DNA from: Eledone cirrhosa
Lineage: Eukaryota
NCBI GenBank assembly: GCA_964016885.1
Contig: OZ024755.1
Span: 44,082,001-44,146,000, forward strand
Length of the DNA: 64,000 nt
Direction: 5' to 3'
Of this stretch, positions 29,401 through 45,500 are shown piece after piece. The position numbers and the translations under genes are program-made. The notes under the pieces were generated by a model, which ran no database searches, was not told where the DNA came from, and was given only the letters and a program-made list of their open reading frames with translations. Every line of letters begins with the position of its first letter. Position 1 is the stretch's first letter.

Positions 29401-32400
29401 GTACCACAGTTGACAGTACCAACGTATACTGTGTACCACTGTTGACAGTACCAACATATACTGTATACCACAGTTGACAGTACCAACATATACAGTTTAC
29501 CACAGTTGACAGTACCAACATATACTGTGTACCACAGTTGACAGTACCAACATATACTGTGTACCACAGCTGACACTACCAACATATACTTGTACCTCAG
29601 TTGACAGTACTAACATATACTGTTTACCACAGTTGACAGTACCAACGTATACTGTGTTCCACAGTTGACAGTACCAACATATACAATGTACCACATTTGA
29701 CAGTACCAACATATACTGTGTACCACAGTTGACAGTACCAACATATACTGTGTACCACAGTTGACAGTACCAACATATACAATGTACCACATTTGACAGT
29801 ACCAACATATACTGTGTACCACAGTTGACAGTACCAACATATACTGTGTACCACAGTTGAGAGTACCAACGTATACTGTGTACCACAGTTGACAGTACCA
29901 GCGTATACTGTGTACCACAGTTGACAATACCAACATATACTGTGTACCACAGTTGACAGTACCAACGTATACTGTGTACCACAGTTGACAATACCAACAT
30001 ATACTGTGTACCACAGTTGACAGTACCAACATATACTGTGTACCACAGTTGACAGTACCAACATATACTGTGTACCACAGTTGACAGTACCAACATATAC
30101 TGTGTACCACAGTTGATAGTACCAACATATACTGTGTACCACAGTTGACAGTACCAACATATACTGTGTACCACAGTTGACAGTACCAACATATACAGTT
30201 TACCACAGTTGACAGTACCAACATATACTGTGTACCACAGTTGACAGTACCAACATATACTGTGTACCACAGCTGACACTACCAACATAAACCGTGTACG
30301 ACAGTTGACAGTACCAACATATACTGTGTACCACAGTTGAGAGTACGAACATAAACTGTGTACCACAGTTGACAGTACCAACATATACTGTGTACCACAG
30401 TTGACAGTACCAACATATACTGTGTACCACAGTTGACCGTAGCAACATATACTGTATACCACAGTTGACAGTACTAACATATACTGTGTACCACAGTTGA
30501 CAGTACCAACATATACTGTGTACCACAGTTGACAGTACCAACATATACTGTGTACCACAGTTGACAGTACTAACATATACTGTGTACTACAGTTGACATT
30601 ACCAACATATACTGTGTACCACAGTTGACAGTACCAACATATACTGTGTACCACAGTTGACAGTACAAACGTATACTGTGTACCACAGTTGACAATACCA
30701 ACATATACTGTGTACCACAGTTGACAGTACCAACATATACTGTATACCACAGTTGAGAGTACGAACATAAACTGTGTACCACAGTTGACAGTACCAACAT
30801 ATACTGTGTACCACAGTTGACAGTACCAACATATACTGTGTACCACAGTTGACCGTAGCAACATATACTGTATACCACAGTTGACAGTACCAACATGTAC
30901 CGTGTACGACAGTTGACAGTACCAATGTATACTGTGTACCACTGTTGACAGTACCAACATATACTGTGTACCACAGTTGACAATACCAACATATACTGTG
31001 TACCACAGTTGAAAGTACCAACGTATACTGTGTACCACAGTTGACAGTACCAACATATACTGTGTACCACAGTTGACAGTACAAACGTATACTGTGTACC
31101 ACAGTTGACAATACCAACATATACTGTGTACCACAGTTGACAGTACCAACATATACTGTATACCACAGTTGACAGTACCAACATATACTGTGTACCACAG
31201 TTGACAGTACCAACATATACTGTATACCACATTTGACAGTACCAACAAATACTGTGTACCACATTTGACAATACCAACATATACTGTTTACCACAGTTGA
31301 CAGTACCAACGTATACTGTGTACCACAGTTGACAGTACCAACATATACTGTGTACCACAGTTGACAGTACCAACATATACTGTGTACCACAGTTCACAGT
31401 ACCAACATATACTGTGTACCACAGTTGACAGTACCGACATATACTGTGTACCACAGTGGACAGTACCAATGTATACTGTGTACCACAGTTGACAGTACCA
31501 ACGTATACTGTGTACCACAGTTGACAGTACCAACATATAACGTGTACCACAGTTGGCAGTACCATCATATAACGTGTACGACAGTTGACAGTACCAAGAT
31601 ATAGTGTGTACCACAGTTGAGTGTACCAACATAAACTGTGTACCACAGTTGACCGTACCAACATATACTGTATACCACAGTTGACAGTACCAACATATAC
31701 TGTGTACCACAGTTGACAGTACCAACATATACTGTGTACCACAGTTGACAGTACCAACATATACTGTGTACCACAGTTGATAGTACTAACATATACTGTG
31801 TACTACAGTTAACAGTACCAACATATACTGTGTACCACAGTTGACAGTACCAACATATACTGTGTACCACAGTTGACAGTACCAACATGTACCGTGAACC
31901 ACAGTTGATAGTACCAACGTATACTGTGTACCACAGTTGACAGTGCCAACATATACTGTGTACCACATTTGGCAGTACCAACATACACTGTGTACCTCAG
32001 TTGACAGTACCAACATATATTGTGTACCAAAGTTGACAGTACCAACGTATACTGTGTACCACAGTTGACAGTACCAACGTATATTGTGTACCACAGTTGA
32101 CAGTACCAACATATACAGTGTACCACAGTTGACAGTACCAACATATACTGTGTACCACAGTTGACAGTACCAACATATACTGTGTACCACAGTTGACAGT
32201 ACCAACATGTACCGTGAACCACAGTTGACAGTACCAACATATACTGTGTACCACTGTTGACAGTACCAACATATACCGTGTACCACAGATGACAGTACCA
32301 ACATATACTGTGTACCACTGTTGACAGTACCAACATATACTGTGTACCACAGTTGACAGTACCAACATATACTGTATATCACAGTTGACAGTACCAACAT

Positions 32401-34810
32401 ATACTGTGTACCACAGTTGACAGTACCAACATATACTGTGTACCACATTTGACTGTACCAACATATAGTGTATACCACAGTTGACAGTACCAACATATAC
32501 TGTGCACCACTGTTGACAGTACCAACATATACCGTGTACCACAGTTGACAGTACCAACATATACTGTGTACCACAGCTGACACTACCAAAATATACTTGT
32601 ACCTCAGTTGACAGTACTAACGTATTGTGTACCACCGTTGACAGTACCAACGTATACTGTGTACCACATTTGACAGTACCAACGTATATTGTGTACCACA
32701 GTTGACAGTACCAACATATACTGTGTACAACAGTTGACAGTACCAACATATACTGTGTACCACAGTTGACAGTACCAACATATACTGTGTACCACAGTTG
32801 ACAGTAGCAACTTATACTGTGTACCACAGTTGACAGTACCAACATATAACGTGTACTACAGTTGGCAGTACCATCATATACTGTGTACCACAGTTGACAG
32901 TACCAACATATACTGGGTACCACAGTTGACAGTACCAACATATACTGTGTACCATAGTTGACAGTACCAACGTATATTGTGTACCACAGTTGACAGTACA
33001 AACATACACCGTGTACGACAGTTGACAGTACCAACATATACTGTGTACCACATTTGAGAGTACCAACATATACTGTGTACCACAGTTGACAGTACCAACA
33101 TATACTGTGTACCACAGTTGACAGTACCAACATATACTGTGTACCACAGTTGACAGTACCAACATATACTGTATACCACAGTTGACAGTACCAACATATA
33201 CTGTGTACCACAGTTGACAGTACCAACATATACTGTGTACCACAGTTGACAGTAGTAATATATACTGTGTACTACAGTTGACAGTACTAACATATACTGT
33301 GTACCACAGTTGACAGTACCAACATATACTGTGTACCACAGTTGACAGTACCAACATATACTGTGTACCTCAGTTAACAGTACCCACATATACTGTGTAC
33401 CACAGTTGACAGTACCAACATATACTGTGTACCACAGTTGACAGTACCAACATATACTGTGTACCACAGTTGACAGTACCAACATATACTGTGTACCACA
33501 GTTAACAGTACCAACATATACTGTGTACCATATTTGACAGTACCAACGTATACTGTGTACCACAGTTGACAGTACCAACGTATACTGTGTACCAGAGTTG
33601 ACAGTACCAACATATACTGTGTACCACAGTTGACAGTACCAAAATATACTGTGTACCACAGCTGACACTACCAACATATACTTGTAACTCTGTTGACAGT
33701 ACTAACATATACTGTGTACCACAGTTGACAGTACCAACGTATACTGTGTACCACAGTTGAAAGTACCAACGTATACTGTGTACCACAGTTGACAGTACCA
33801 ACATATACTGTGTACCACAGTTGACAGTACCAACGTATACTGTGTACCACTGTTGACAGTACCAACATATACTGTATACCACAGTTGACAGTACCAACAT
33901 ATACAGTTTACCACAGTTGACAGTACCAACATATACTGTGTACCACAGTTGACAGTACCAACATATACTGTGTACCACAGCTGACACTACCAACATATAC
34001 TTGTACCTCAGTTGACAGTACTAACATATACTGTTTACCACAGTTGACAGTACCAACGTATACTGTGTTCCACAGTTGACAGTACCAACATATACAATGT
34101 ACCACATTTGACAGTACCAACATATACTGTGTACCACAGTTGACAGTACCAACATATACTGTGTACCACAGTTGACAGTACCAACATATACAATGTACCA
34201 CATTTGACAGTACCAACATATACTGTGTACCACAGTTGACAGTACCAACATATACTGTGTACCACAGTTGATAGTACCAACATATACTGTGTACCACAGT
34301 TGACAGTACCAACATATACTGTGTACCACAGTTGACAGTACCAACATATACAGTTTACCACAGTTGACAGTACCAACATATACTGTGTACCACAGTTGAC
34401 AGTACCAACATATACTGTGTACCACAGCTGACACTACCAACATAAACCGTGTACGACAGTTGACAGTACCAACATATACTGTGTACCACAGTTGAGAGTA
34501 CGAACATAAACTGTGTACCACAGTTGACAGTACCAACATATACTGTGTACCACAGTTGACAGTACCAACATATACTGTGTACCACAGTTGACCGTAGCAA
34601 CATATACTGTATACCACAGTTGACAGTACTAACATATACTGTGTACCACAGTTGACAGTACCAACATATACTGTGTACCACAGTTGACAGTACCAACATA
34701 TACTGTGTACCACAGTTGACAGTACTAACATATACTGTGTACTACAGTTGACATTACCAACATATACTGTGTACCACAGTTGACAGTACCAACATATACT
34801 GTGTACCACA
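26470..34810. repeat. Duplication of ~4.4 kb (offset 4410/4411; then 4155 after an 8-monomer indel)
   Basis: ORF pairs 26878..27318 vs 31288..31728, 28193..28399 vs 32604..32810 and 29091..29585 vs 33502..33996. The landmark is at 28186 vs 32597. A few private differences exist, e.g. a 1-bp deletion at ~27593, GTGGAC at ~31456 and TTGGCAG at ~29219. Confidence 0.87.
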
Positions 34811-37800
34811 GTTGACAGTACCAACATGTACCGTGAACCACAGTTGACAGTACCAACGTATACTGTGTACCACAGTTGACAGTGCCAACATATACTGTGT
34901 ACCACATTTGGCAGTACCAACATATACTGTGTACCACAGTTGACAGTACCAACATATACTGGGTACCACAGTTGACAGTACCAACATATACTGTGTACCA
35001 TAGTTGACAGTACCAACGTATATTGTGTACCACAGTTGACAGTACAAACATACACCGTGTACGACAGTTGACAGTACCAACATATACTCTGTACAACAGT
35101 TGACAGTACCAACATATACTGTGTACCACAGTTGACAGTACCAACATATACTGTGTACCACAGTTGACAGTACCAATGTATACTGTGTACCACTGTTGAT
35201 AGTACCAACATATACTGTGTACCACAGTTGACAGTAACAACGTATACTGTGTACCACAGTTGACAGTTACAACATATAACGTGTACTACAGTTGGCAGTA
35301 CCATCATATACTGTGTACCACAGTTGACAGTACCAACATATACTGGGTACCACAGTTGACAGTACCAACATATACTGTGTACCATAGTTGACAGTACCAA
35401 CGTATATTGTGTACCACAGTTGACAGTACAAACATACACCGTGTTCGACAGTTGACAGTACCAACATATACTGTGTACCACAGTTGAGAGTACCAACATA
35501 TACTGTGTACCACAGTTGACAGTACCAACATATACTGTGTACCACAGTTGACAGTACCAACATATACTGTGTACCACAGTTGACAGTACCAACATATACT
35601 GTGTACCACAGTTGACAGTACCAACATATACTGTGTACCACAGTTGACAGTAGTAATATATACTGTGTACTACAGTTGACAGTACCAACATATACTGTGT
35701 ACCACAGTTGACAGTACCAACATATACTGTGTACCACAGTTGAGAGTACCAACATATACTGTGTACCTCAGTTAACAGTACCCACATATACTGTGTACCA
35801 CAGTTGACAGTACCAACATATACTTGTACCACAGTTGACAGTACCAACATATACTGTGTACCACAGTTGACAGTACCAACATATACTGTGTACCACAGTT
35901 GACAGTACCAACATATACTGTGTACCACAGCTGACACTACCAACATAAACCGTGTACGACAGTTGACAGTACCAACATATACTGTGTACCACAGTTGAGA
36001 GTACGAACATAAACTGTGTACCACAGTTGACAGTACCAACATATACTGTGTACCACAGTTGACAGTACCAACATATACTGTGTACCACAGTTGACCGTAG
36101 CAACATATACTGTATACCACAGTTGACAGTACTAACATATACTGTGTACCACAGTTGACAGTACCAACATATACTGTGTACCACAGTTGACAGTACCAAC
36201 ATATACTGTGTACCACAGTTGACAGTACTAACATATACTGTGTACTACAGTTGACATTACCAACATATACTGTGTACCACAGTTGACAGTACCAACATAT
36301 ACTGTGTACCACAGTTGACAGTACAAACGTATACTGTGTACCACAGTTGACAATACCAACATATACTGTGTACCACAGTTGACAGTACCAACATATACTG
36401 TATACCACAGTTGAGAGTACGAACATAAACTGTGTACCACAGTTGACAGTACCAACATATACTGTGTACCACAGTTGACAGTACCAACATATACTGTGTA
36501 CCACAGTTGACCGTAGCAACATATACTGTATACCACAGTTGACAGTACCAACATGTACCGTGTACGACAGTTGACAGTACCAATGTATACTGTGTACCAC
36601 TGTTGACAGTACCAACATATACTGTGTACCACAGTTGACAATACCAACATATACTGTGTACCACAGTTGAAAGTACCAACGTATACTGTGTACCACAGTT
36701 GACAGTACCAACATATACTGTGTACCACAGTTGACAGTACAAACGTATACTGTGTACCACAGTTGACAATACCAACATATACTGTGTACCACAGTTGACA
36801 GTACCAACATATACTGTATACCACAGTTGACAGTACCAACATATACTGTGTACCACAGTTGACAGTACCAACATATACTGTATACCACATTTGACAGTAC
36901 CAACAAATACTGTGTACCACATTTGACAATACCAACATATACTGTTTACCACAGTTGACAGTACCAACGTATACTGTGTACCACAGTTGACAGTACCAAC
37001 ATATACTGTGTACCACAGTTGACAGTACCAACATATACTGTGTACCACAGTTCACAGTACCAACATATACTGTGTACCACAGTTGACAGTACCGACATAT
37101 ACTGTGTACCACAGTGGACAGTACCAATGTATACTGTGTACCACAGTTGACAGTACCAACGTATACTGTGTACCACAGTTGACAGTACCAACATATAACG
37201 TGTACCACAGTTGGCAGTACCATCATATAACGTGTACGACAGTTGACAGTACCAAGATATAGTGTGTACCACAGTTGAGTGTACCAACATAAACTGTGTA
37301 CCACAGTTGACCGTACCAACATATACTGTATACCACAGTTGACAGTACCAACATATACTGTGTACCACAGTTGACAGTACCAACATATACTGTGTACCAC
37401 AGTTGACAGTACCAACATATACTGTGTACCACAGTTGATAGTACTAACATATACTGTGTACTACAGTTAACAGTACCAACATATACTGTGTACCACAGTT
37501 GACAGTACCAACATATACTGTGTACCACAGTTGACAGTACCAACATGTACCGTGAACCACAGTTGATAGTACCAACGTATACTGTGTACCACAGTTGACA
37601 GTGCCAACATATACTGTGTACCACATTTGGCAGTACCAACATACACTGTGTACCTCAGTTGACAGTACCAACATATATTGTGTACCAAAGTTGACAGTAC
37701 CAACGTATACTGTGTACCACAGTTGACAGTACCAACGTATATTGTGTACCACAGTTGACAGTACCAACATATACAGTGTACCACAGTTGACAGTACCAAC

Positions 37801-40800
37801 ATATACTGTGTACCACAGTTGACAGTACCAACATATACTGTGTACCACAGTTGACAGTACCAACATGTACCGTGAACCACAGTTGACAGTACCAACATAT
37901 ACTGTGTACCACTGTTGACAGTACCAACATATACCGTGTACCACAGATGACAGTACCAACATATACTGTGTACCACTGTTGACAGTACCAACATATACTG
38001 TGTACCACAGTTGACAGTACCAACATATACTGTATATCACAGTTGACAGTACCAACATATACTGTGTACCACAGTTGACAGTACCAACATATACTGTGTA
38101 CCACATTTGACTGTACCAACATATAGTGTATACCACAGTTGACAGTACCAACATATACTGTGCACCACTGTTGACAGTACCAACATATACCGTGTACCAC
38201 AGTTGACAGTACCAACATATACTGTGTACCACAGCTGACACTACCAAAATATACTTGTACCTCAGTTGACAGTACTAACGTATTGTGTACCACCGTTGAC
38301 AGTACCAACGTATACTGTGTACCACATTTGACAGTACCAACGTATATTGTGTACCACAGTTGACAGTACCAACATATACTGTGTACAACAGTTGACAGTA
38401 CCAACATATACTGTGTACCACAGTTGACAGTACCAACATATACTGTGTACCACAGTTGACAGTAGCAACTTATACTGTGTACCACAGTTGACAGTACCAA
38501 CATATAACGTGTACTACAGTTGGCAGTACCATCATATACTGTGTACCACAGTTGACAGTACCAACATATACTGGGTACCACAGTTGACAGTACCAACATA
38601 TACTGTGTACCATAGTTGACAGTACCAACGTATATTGTGTACCACAGTTGACAGTACAAACATACACCGTGTACGACAGTTGACAGTACCAACATATACT
38701 GTGTACCACATTTGAGAGTACCAACATATACTGTGTACCACAGTTGACAGTACCAACATATACTGTGTACCACAGTTGACAGTACCAACATATACTGTGT
38801 ACCACAGTTGACAGTACCAACATATACTGTATACCACAGTTGACAGTACCAACATATACTGTGTACCACAGTTGACAGTACCAACATATACTGTGTACCA
38901 CAGTTGACAGTAGTAATATATACTGTGTACTACAGTTGACAGTACTAACATATACTGTGTACCACAGTTGACAGTACCAACATATACTGTGTACCACAGT
39001 TGACAGTACCAACATATACTGTGTACCTCAGTTAACAGTACCCACATATACTGTGTACCACAGTTGACAGTACCAACATATACTGTGTACCACAGTTGAC
39101 AGTACCAACATATACTGTGTACCACAGTTGACAGTACCAACATATACTGTGTACCACAGTTAACAGTACCAACATATACTGTGTACCATATTTGACAGTA
39201 CCAACGTATACTGTGTACCACAGTTGACAGTACCAACGTATACTGTGTACCAGAGTTGACAGTACCAACATATACTGTGTACCACAGTTGACAGTACCAA
39301 AATATACTGTGTACCACAGCTGACACTACCAACATATACTTGTAACTCTGTTGACAGTACTAACATATACTGTGTACCACAGTTGACAGTACCAACGTAT
39401 ACTGTGTACCACAGTTGAAAGTACCAACGTATACTGTGTACCACAGTTGACAGTACCAACATATACTGTGTACCACAGTTGACAGTACCAACGTATACTG
39501 TGTACCACTGTTGACAGTACCAACATATACTGTATACCACAGTTGACAGTACCAACATATACAGTTTACCACAGTTGACAGTACCAACATATACTGTGTA
39601 CCACAGTTGACAGTACCAACATATACTGTGTACCACAGCTGACACTACCAACATATACTTGTACCTCAGTTGACAGTACTAACATATACTGTTTACCACA
39701 GTTGACAGTACCAACGTATACTGTGTTCCACAGTTGACAGTACCAACATATACAATGTACCACATTTGACAGTACCAACATATACTGTGTACCACAGTTG
39801 ACAGTACCAACATATACTGTGTACCACAGTTGACAGTACCAACATATACAATGTACCACATTTGACAGTACCAACATATACTGTGTACCACAGTTGACAG
39901 TACCAACATATACTGTGTACCACAGTTGATAGTACCAACATATACTGTGTACCACAGTTGACAGTACCAACATATACTGTGTACCACAGTTGACAGTACC
40001 AACATATACAGTTTACCACAGTTGACAGTACCAACATATACTGTGTACCACAGTTGACAGTACCAACATATACTGTGTACCACAGCTGACACTACCAACA
40101 TAAACCGTGTACGACAGTTGACAGTACCAACATATACTGTGTACCACAGTTGAGAGTACGAACATAAACTGTGTACCACAGTTGACAGTACCAACATATA
40201 CTGTGTACCACAGTTGACAGTACCAACATATACTGTGTACCACAGTTGACCGTAGCAACATATACTGTATACCACAGTTGACAGTACTAACATATACTGT
40301 GTACCACAGTTGACAGTACCAACATATACTGTGTACCACAGTTGACAGTACCAACATATACTGTGTACCACAGTTGACAGTACTAACATATACTGTGTAC
40401 TACAGTTGACATTACCAACATATACTGTGTACCACAGTTGACAGTACCAACATATACTGTGTACCACAGTTGACAGTACCAACATGTACCGTGAACCACA
40501 GTTGACAGTACCAACGTATACTGTGTACCACAGTTGACAGTGCCAACATATACTGTGTACCACATTTGGCAGTACCAACATATACTGTGTACCACAGTTG
40601 ACAGTACCAACATATACTGGGTACCACAGTTGACAGTACCAACATATACTGTGTACCATAGTTGACAGTACCAACGTATATTGTGTACCACAGTTGACAG
40701 TACAAACATACACCGTGTACGACAGTTGACAGTACCAACATATACTCTGTACAACAGTTGACAGTACCAACATATACTGTGTACCACAGTTGACAGTACC

Positions 40801-41558
40801 AACATATACTGTGTACCACAGTTGACAGTACCAATGTATACTGTGTACCACTGTTGATAGTACCAACATATACTGTGTACCACAGTTGACAGTAACAACG
40901 TATACTGTGTACCACAGTTGACAGTTACAACATATAACGTGTACTACAGTTGGCAGTACCATCATATACTGTGTACCACAGTTGACAGTACCAACATATA
41001 CTGGGTACCACAGTTGACAGTACCAACATATACTGTGTACCATAGTTGACAGTACCAACGTATATTGTGTACCACAGTTGACAGTACAAACATACACCGT
41101 GTTCGACAGTTGACAGTACCAACATATACTGTGTACCACAGTTGAGAGTACCAACATATACTGTGTACCACAGTTGACAGTACCAACATATACTGTGTAC
41201 CACAGTTGACAGTACCAACATATACTGTGTACCACAGTTGACAGTACCAACATATACTGTGTACCACAGTTGACAGTACCAACATATACTGTGTACCACA
41301 GTTGACAGTAGTAATATATACTGTGTACTACAGTTGACAGTACCAACATATACTGTGTACCACAGTTGACAGTACCAACATATACTGTGTACCACAGTTG
41401 AGAGTACCAACATATACTGTGTACCTCAGTTAACAGTACCCACATATACTGTGTACCACAGTTGACAGTACCAACATATACTTGTACCACAGTTGACAGT
41501 ACCAACATATACTGTGTACCACAGTTGACAGTACCAACATATACTGTGTACCACAGTT
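30202..41558. repeat. Apparently identical tandem duplication of 5,658 bp (~30202-35859 and ~35860-41517)
   Basis: The offset is a constant 5658 for every marker checked (AGCTGACACT 30271/35929; landmark 32597/38255 and 34001/39659; CTTGTACCAC 35823/41481). ORF translations are identical: 30570..31760=36228..37418, 31997..33229=37655..38887, 34725..35240=40383..40898 and 35267..35755=40925..41413. Confidence 0.93.
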
Positions 41559-42539
41559 AACAGAACCAACATATACTGTGTACCATATTTGACAGTACCA
41601 ACGTATACTGTGTACCACAGTTGACAGTACCAACGTATACTGTGTACCAGAGTTGACAGTACCAACATATACTGTGTACCACAGTTGACAGTACCAAAAT
41701 ATACTGTGTACCACAGCTGACATTACCAACATATACTTGTAACTCTGTTGACAGTACTAACATATACTGTGTACCACAGTTGACAGTACCAACGTATACT
41801 GTGTACCACAGTTGAAAGTACCAACGTATACTGTGTACCACAGTTGACAGTACCAACATATACTGTGTACCACAGTTGACAGTACCAACGTATACTGTGT
41901 ACCACTGTTGACAGTACCAGCATATACTGTATACCACAGTTGACAGTACCAACATATACAGTTTACCACAGTTGACAGTACCAACATATACTGTGTACCA
42001 CAGTTGACAGTACCAACATATACTGTGTACCACAGCTGACACTACCAACATATACTTGTACCTCAGTTGACAGTACTAACATATACTGTATACCACAGTT
42101 GACAGTACCAACGTATATTGTGTTCCACAGTTGACAGTACCAACATATACAATGTACCACATTTGACAGTACCAACATATACTGTGTACCACAGTTGACA
42201 GTACCAACATATACTGTGTACCACAGTTGACAGTACCAACATATACAATGTACCACATTTGACAGTACCAACATATACTGTATACCACAGTTGACAGTAC
42301 CAACATATACTTGTACCACAGTTGACAGTACCAACATATACTGTGTACCACAGTTGACAATACCAACATATACTGTGTACCACAGTTGAAAGTACCAACT
42401 TATACTTTGTACCACAGTTGACAGTACCAACATATACTGTGTACCACAGTTGACAGTACCAACATATACTGTGTACGACAGTTGACAGTACCAACATATA
42501 CTGTATACCACAGTTGACAGTACCAACATATACTGTGTA

Positions 42540-45500
42540 CCACAGCTGACACTACCAACATATACTTGTACCTCAGTTGACAGTACTACCATATATTGTG
42601 TACCACCGTTGACAATACCAACGTATACTGTGTACCACAGTTGACAGTACCAACACATATAGTGTACCACAGTTGACAGTACCAACGTATACTGTGTACC
42701 ACAGTTGCCAATGCCAACATATACTGTGTACCACAGTTGAGAGTACCAACATATACTGTGTACCACAGTTGACAGTACCAACATATACTGTGTACCACAG
42801 TTGACAGTACCAATGTATACTGTGTACCACTGTTGACAGTACCAAAATATACTGTGTACCACAGTTGACAGTACCAACGTATACTGTGTACCACTGGTGA
42901 CAGTACCAACATATAACGTGTACCACAGTTGGCAGTACCATCATATACTGTGTACCACAGTTGACAGTACCAACATATACTGTGTACCACAGTTGACAGT
43001 ACCAACATATACTCTGTACCATAGCTGACATTACCAACGTATATTGTGTACCACAGTTGACAGTACCAACATACACCGTGTACGACAGTTGACAGTACCA
43101 ACATATACTGTGTACCACATTTGAGAGTACCAACATAAACTGTGTACCACAGTTGACAGTACCAACATATACTGTGTACCACAGTTGACAGTACCAACAT
43201 ATACTGTATACCACAGTTGACAGTACCAACACATACTGTGTACCACAGTTGACAGTACCAACATATACTGTGTACCACAGTTGACAGTACCAACATATAC
43301 TGTGTACCAGAGTTGACAGTACCAACATATACTGTGTACCACAGTTGACAGCACTAACATATACTCTGTACTACAGTTGACAGTACCAACATATACTGTG
43401 TACCACAGTTGACAGTACCAACATGTACTGTGTACCACAGTTGACAGTACCAACATATACTGTGTACCACAGTTGGCAGTACCAACATATACTGTGTACC
43501 TCAGTTGACACTACGAACATATACTGTGCACCACAGTGTACAGTACCAACGTATATTGTGTACCACAGTTGACAGTACCAACGTATGCTGTGTACCACAG
43601 TTGACCGTACCAACATATACTGTGTAAGACAGTTGACAATACCAACATTATACTGTGTACCACAGTTGACAGTACCAACGTATACTGTGTACCACACTTG
43701 ACAGTACCAACATATAACGTGTACCACAGTTGGCAGTACCATCATATACTGTGTACCACAGTTGACAGTACCAACATATACTGTGTAGCACAGTTGACAG
43801 TACCAACATATACTGTGTACCATAGTTGACAGTACCAACGTATATTGTGTACCACAGTTGACAGTACCAACATACACCGTGTACGACAGTTGACAGTACC
43901 AACATATACTGTGTACCACAGTTGAGAGTACCAACATAAACTGTGTACCATAGTTGACAGTAACAACATATACTGTGTACCACAGTTGACAGTACCAACA
44001 TATACTGTGTACCACAGTTGACAGTACCAACATATACTGTATACCACAGTTGACAGTACCAACATATACTGTGTACCACAGTTGACAGTACTAACATATA
44101 CTGTGTACCACAGTTGACAGTACCAACATATACTGTGTACCACAGTTGACAGTACTAACATATACTGTGTACTACAGTTGACAGTACCAACATATACTGT
44201 GTACCACAGTTGACAGTACCAACATGTACTGTGTACCACAGTTGACAGTACCAACATATACTGTGTACCACAGTTGGCAGTACCAACATATAATGTGTAC
44301 CTCAGTTGTCAGTACCAACATATACTGTGTACCACAGTTGACAGTACCAACGTATACTGTGTACCACAGTTGACAGTACCAACGTATACTGTGTACCACC
44401 GCTGACAGTACCAATATATACTGTGTAACACAGTTGACAATACCAACATATAATGTGTACCACAGTTGACAGTACCAACGTATACTGTGTACCACTGTTG
44501 ACAATACTAACATATACTGTGTACCACAGTTGACAGTACCAACATATACAGTGTACCACAGTTGACAGTACCAACATATACTGTGTACCACAGTTCACAG
44601 TACCAACGTATACTGTGTACCACTTTTGACAGTACCAACATATACTGTGTACCACAGTTCACAGTACCAACATATACTGTGTACCACTGTTGACATTATC
44701 AACATATAGCGTTTCCCACAGTTGACAGTACCAACATATACTGTGTACCACAGTTGACAGTACCAACGTATACTGTGTACCACAGTTGACAGTACCAACG
44801 TATACTGTGTACCACCGCTGACAGTACCAATATATACTGTGTAACACAGTTGACAATACTAACATATACTGTGTACCACAGTTGACAGTACCAACATGTA
44901 CTGTGTACCACAGTTGACAGTACCAACATGTACCGTGTACCACAGTTGACAGTACCAACGTATACTGTGTACCACAGTTGACAATACCAACATATACTGT
45001 GTACCACAGTTGAAAGTACCAACGTATACTTTGTACCACAGTTGACAGTACCAACATATACTGTGTACCACAGTTGACAGTACCAACGTATACTGTGTAC
45101 CAGAGTTGACAATACCAACATATACTGTGTACCACAGTTGACAGTACCAACATATACTGTATACCACAGTTGACAGAACCAACATATACAGTGTACCACA
45201 GTTGACAGTACCAACATATACTGTGTACCACAGTTGACAGTACCAACATATACTGTATACAACAGTTGACAGTACCAACATATACTGTGTACCACTGTTG
45301 ACAGTACCAACATATACCGTGTACCACAGTTGACAGTACCAACATATACTGTGTACCACAGCTGACACTACCAACATATACTTGTACCTCAGTTGACAGT
45401 ACTACCATATATTGTGTACCACCGTTGACAATACCAACGTATACTGTGTACCACAGTTGACAGTACCAACACATATAGTGTACCACAGTTGACAGTACCA

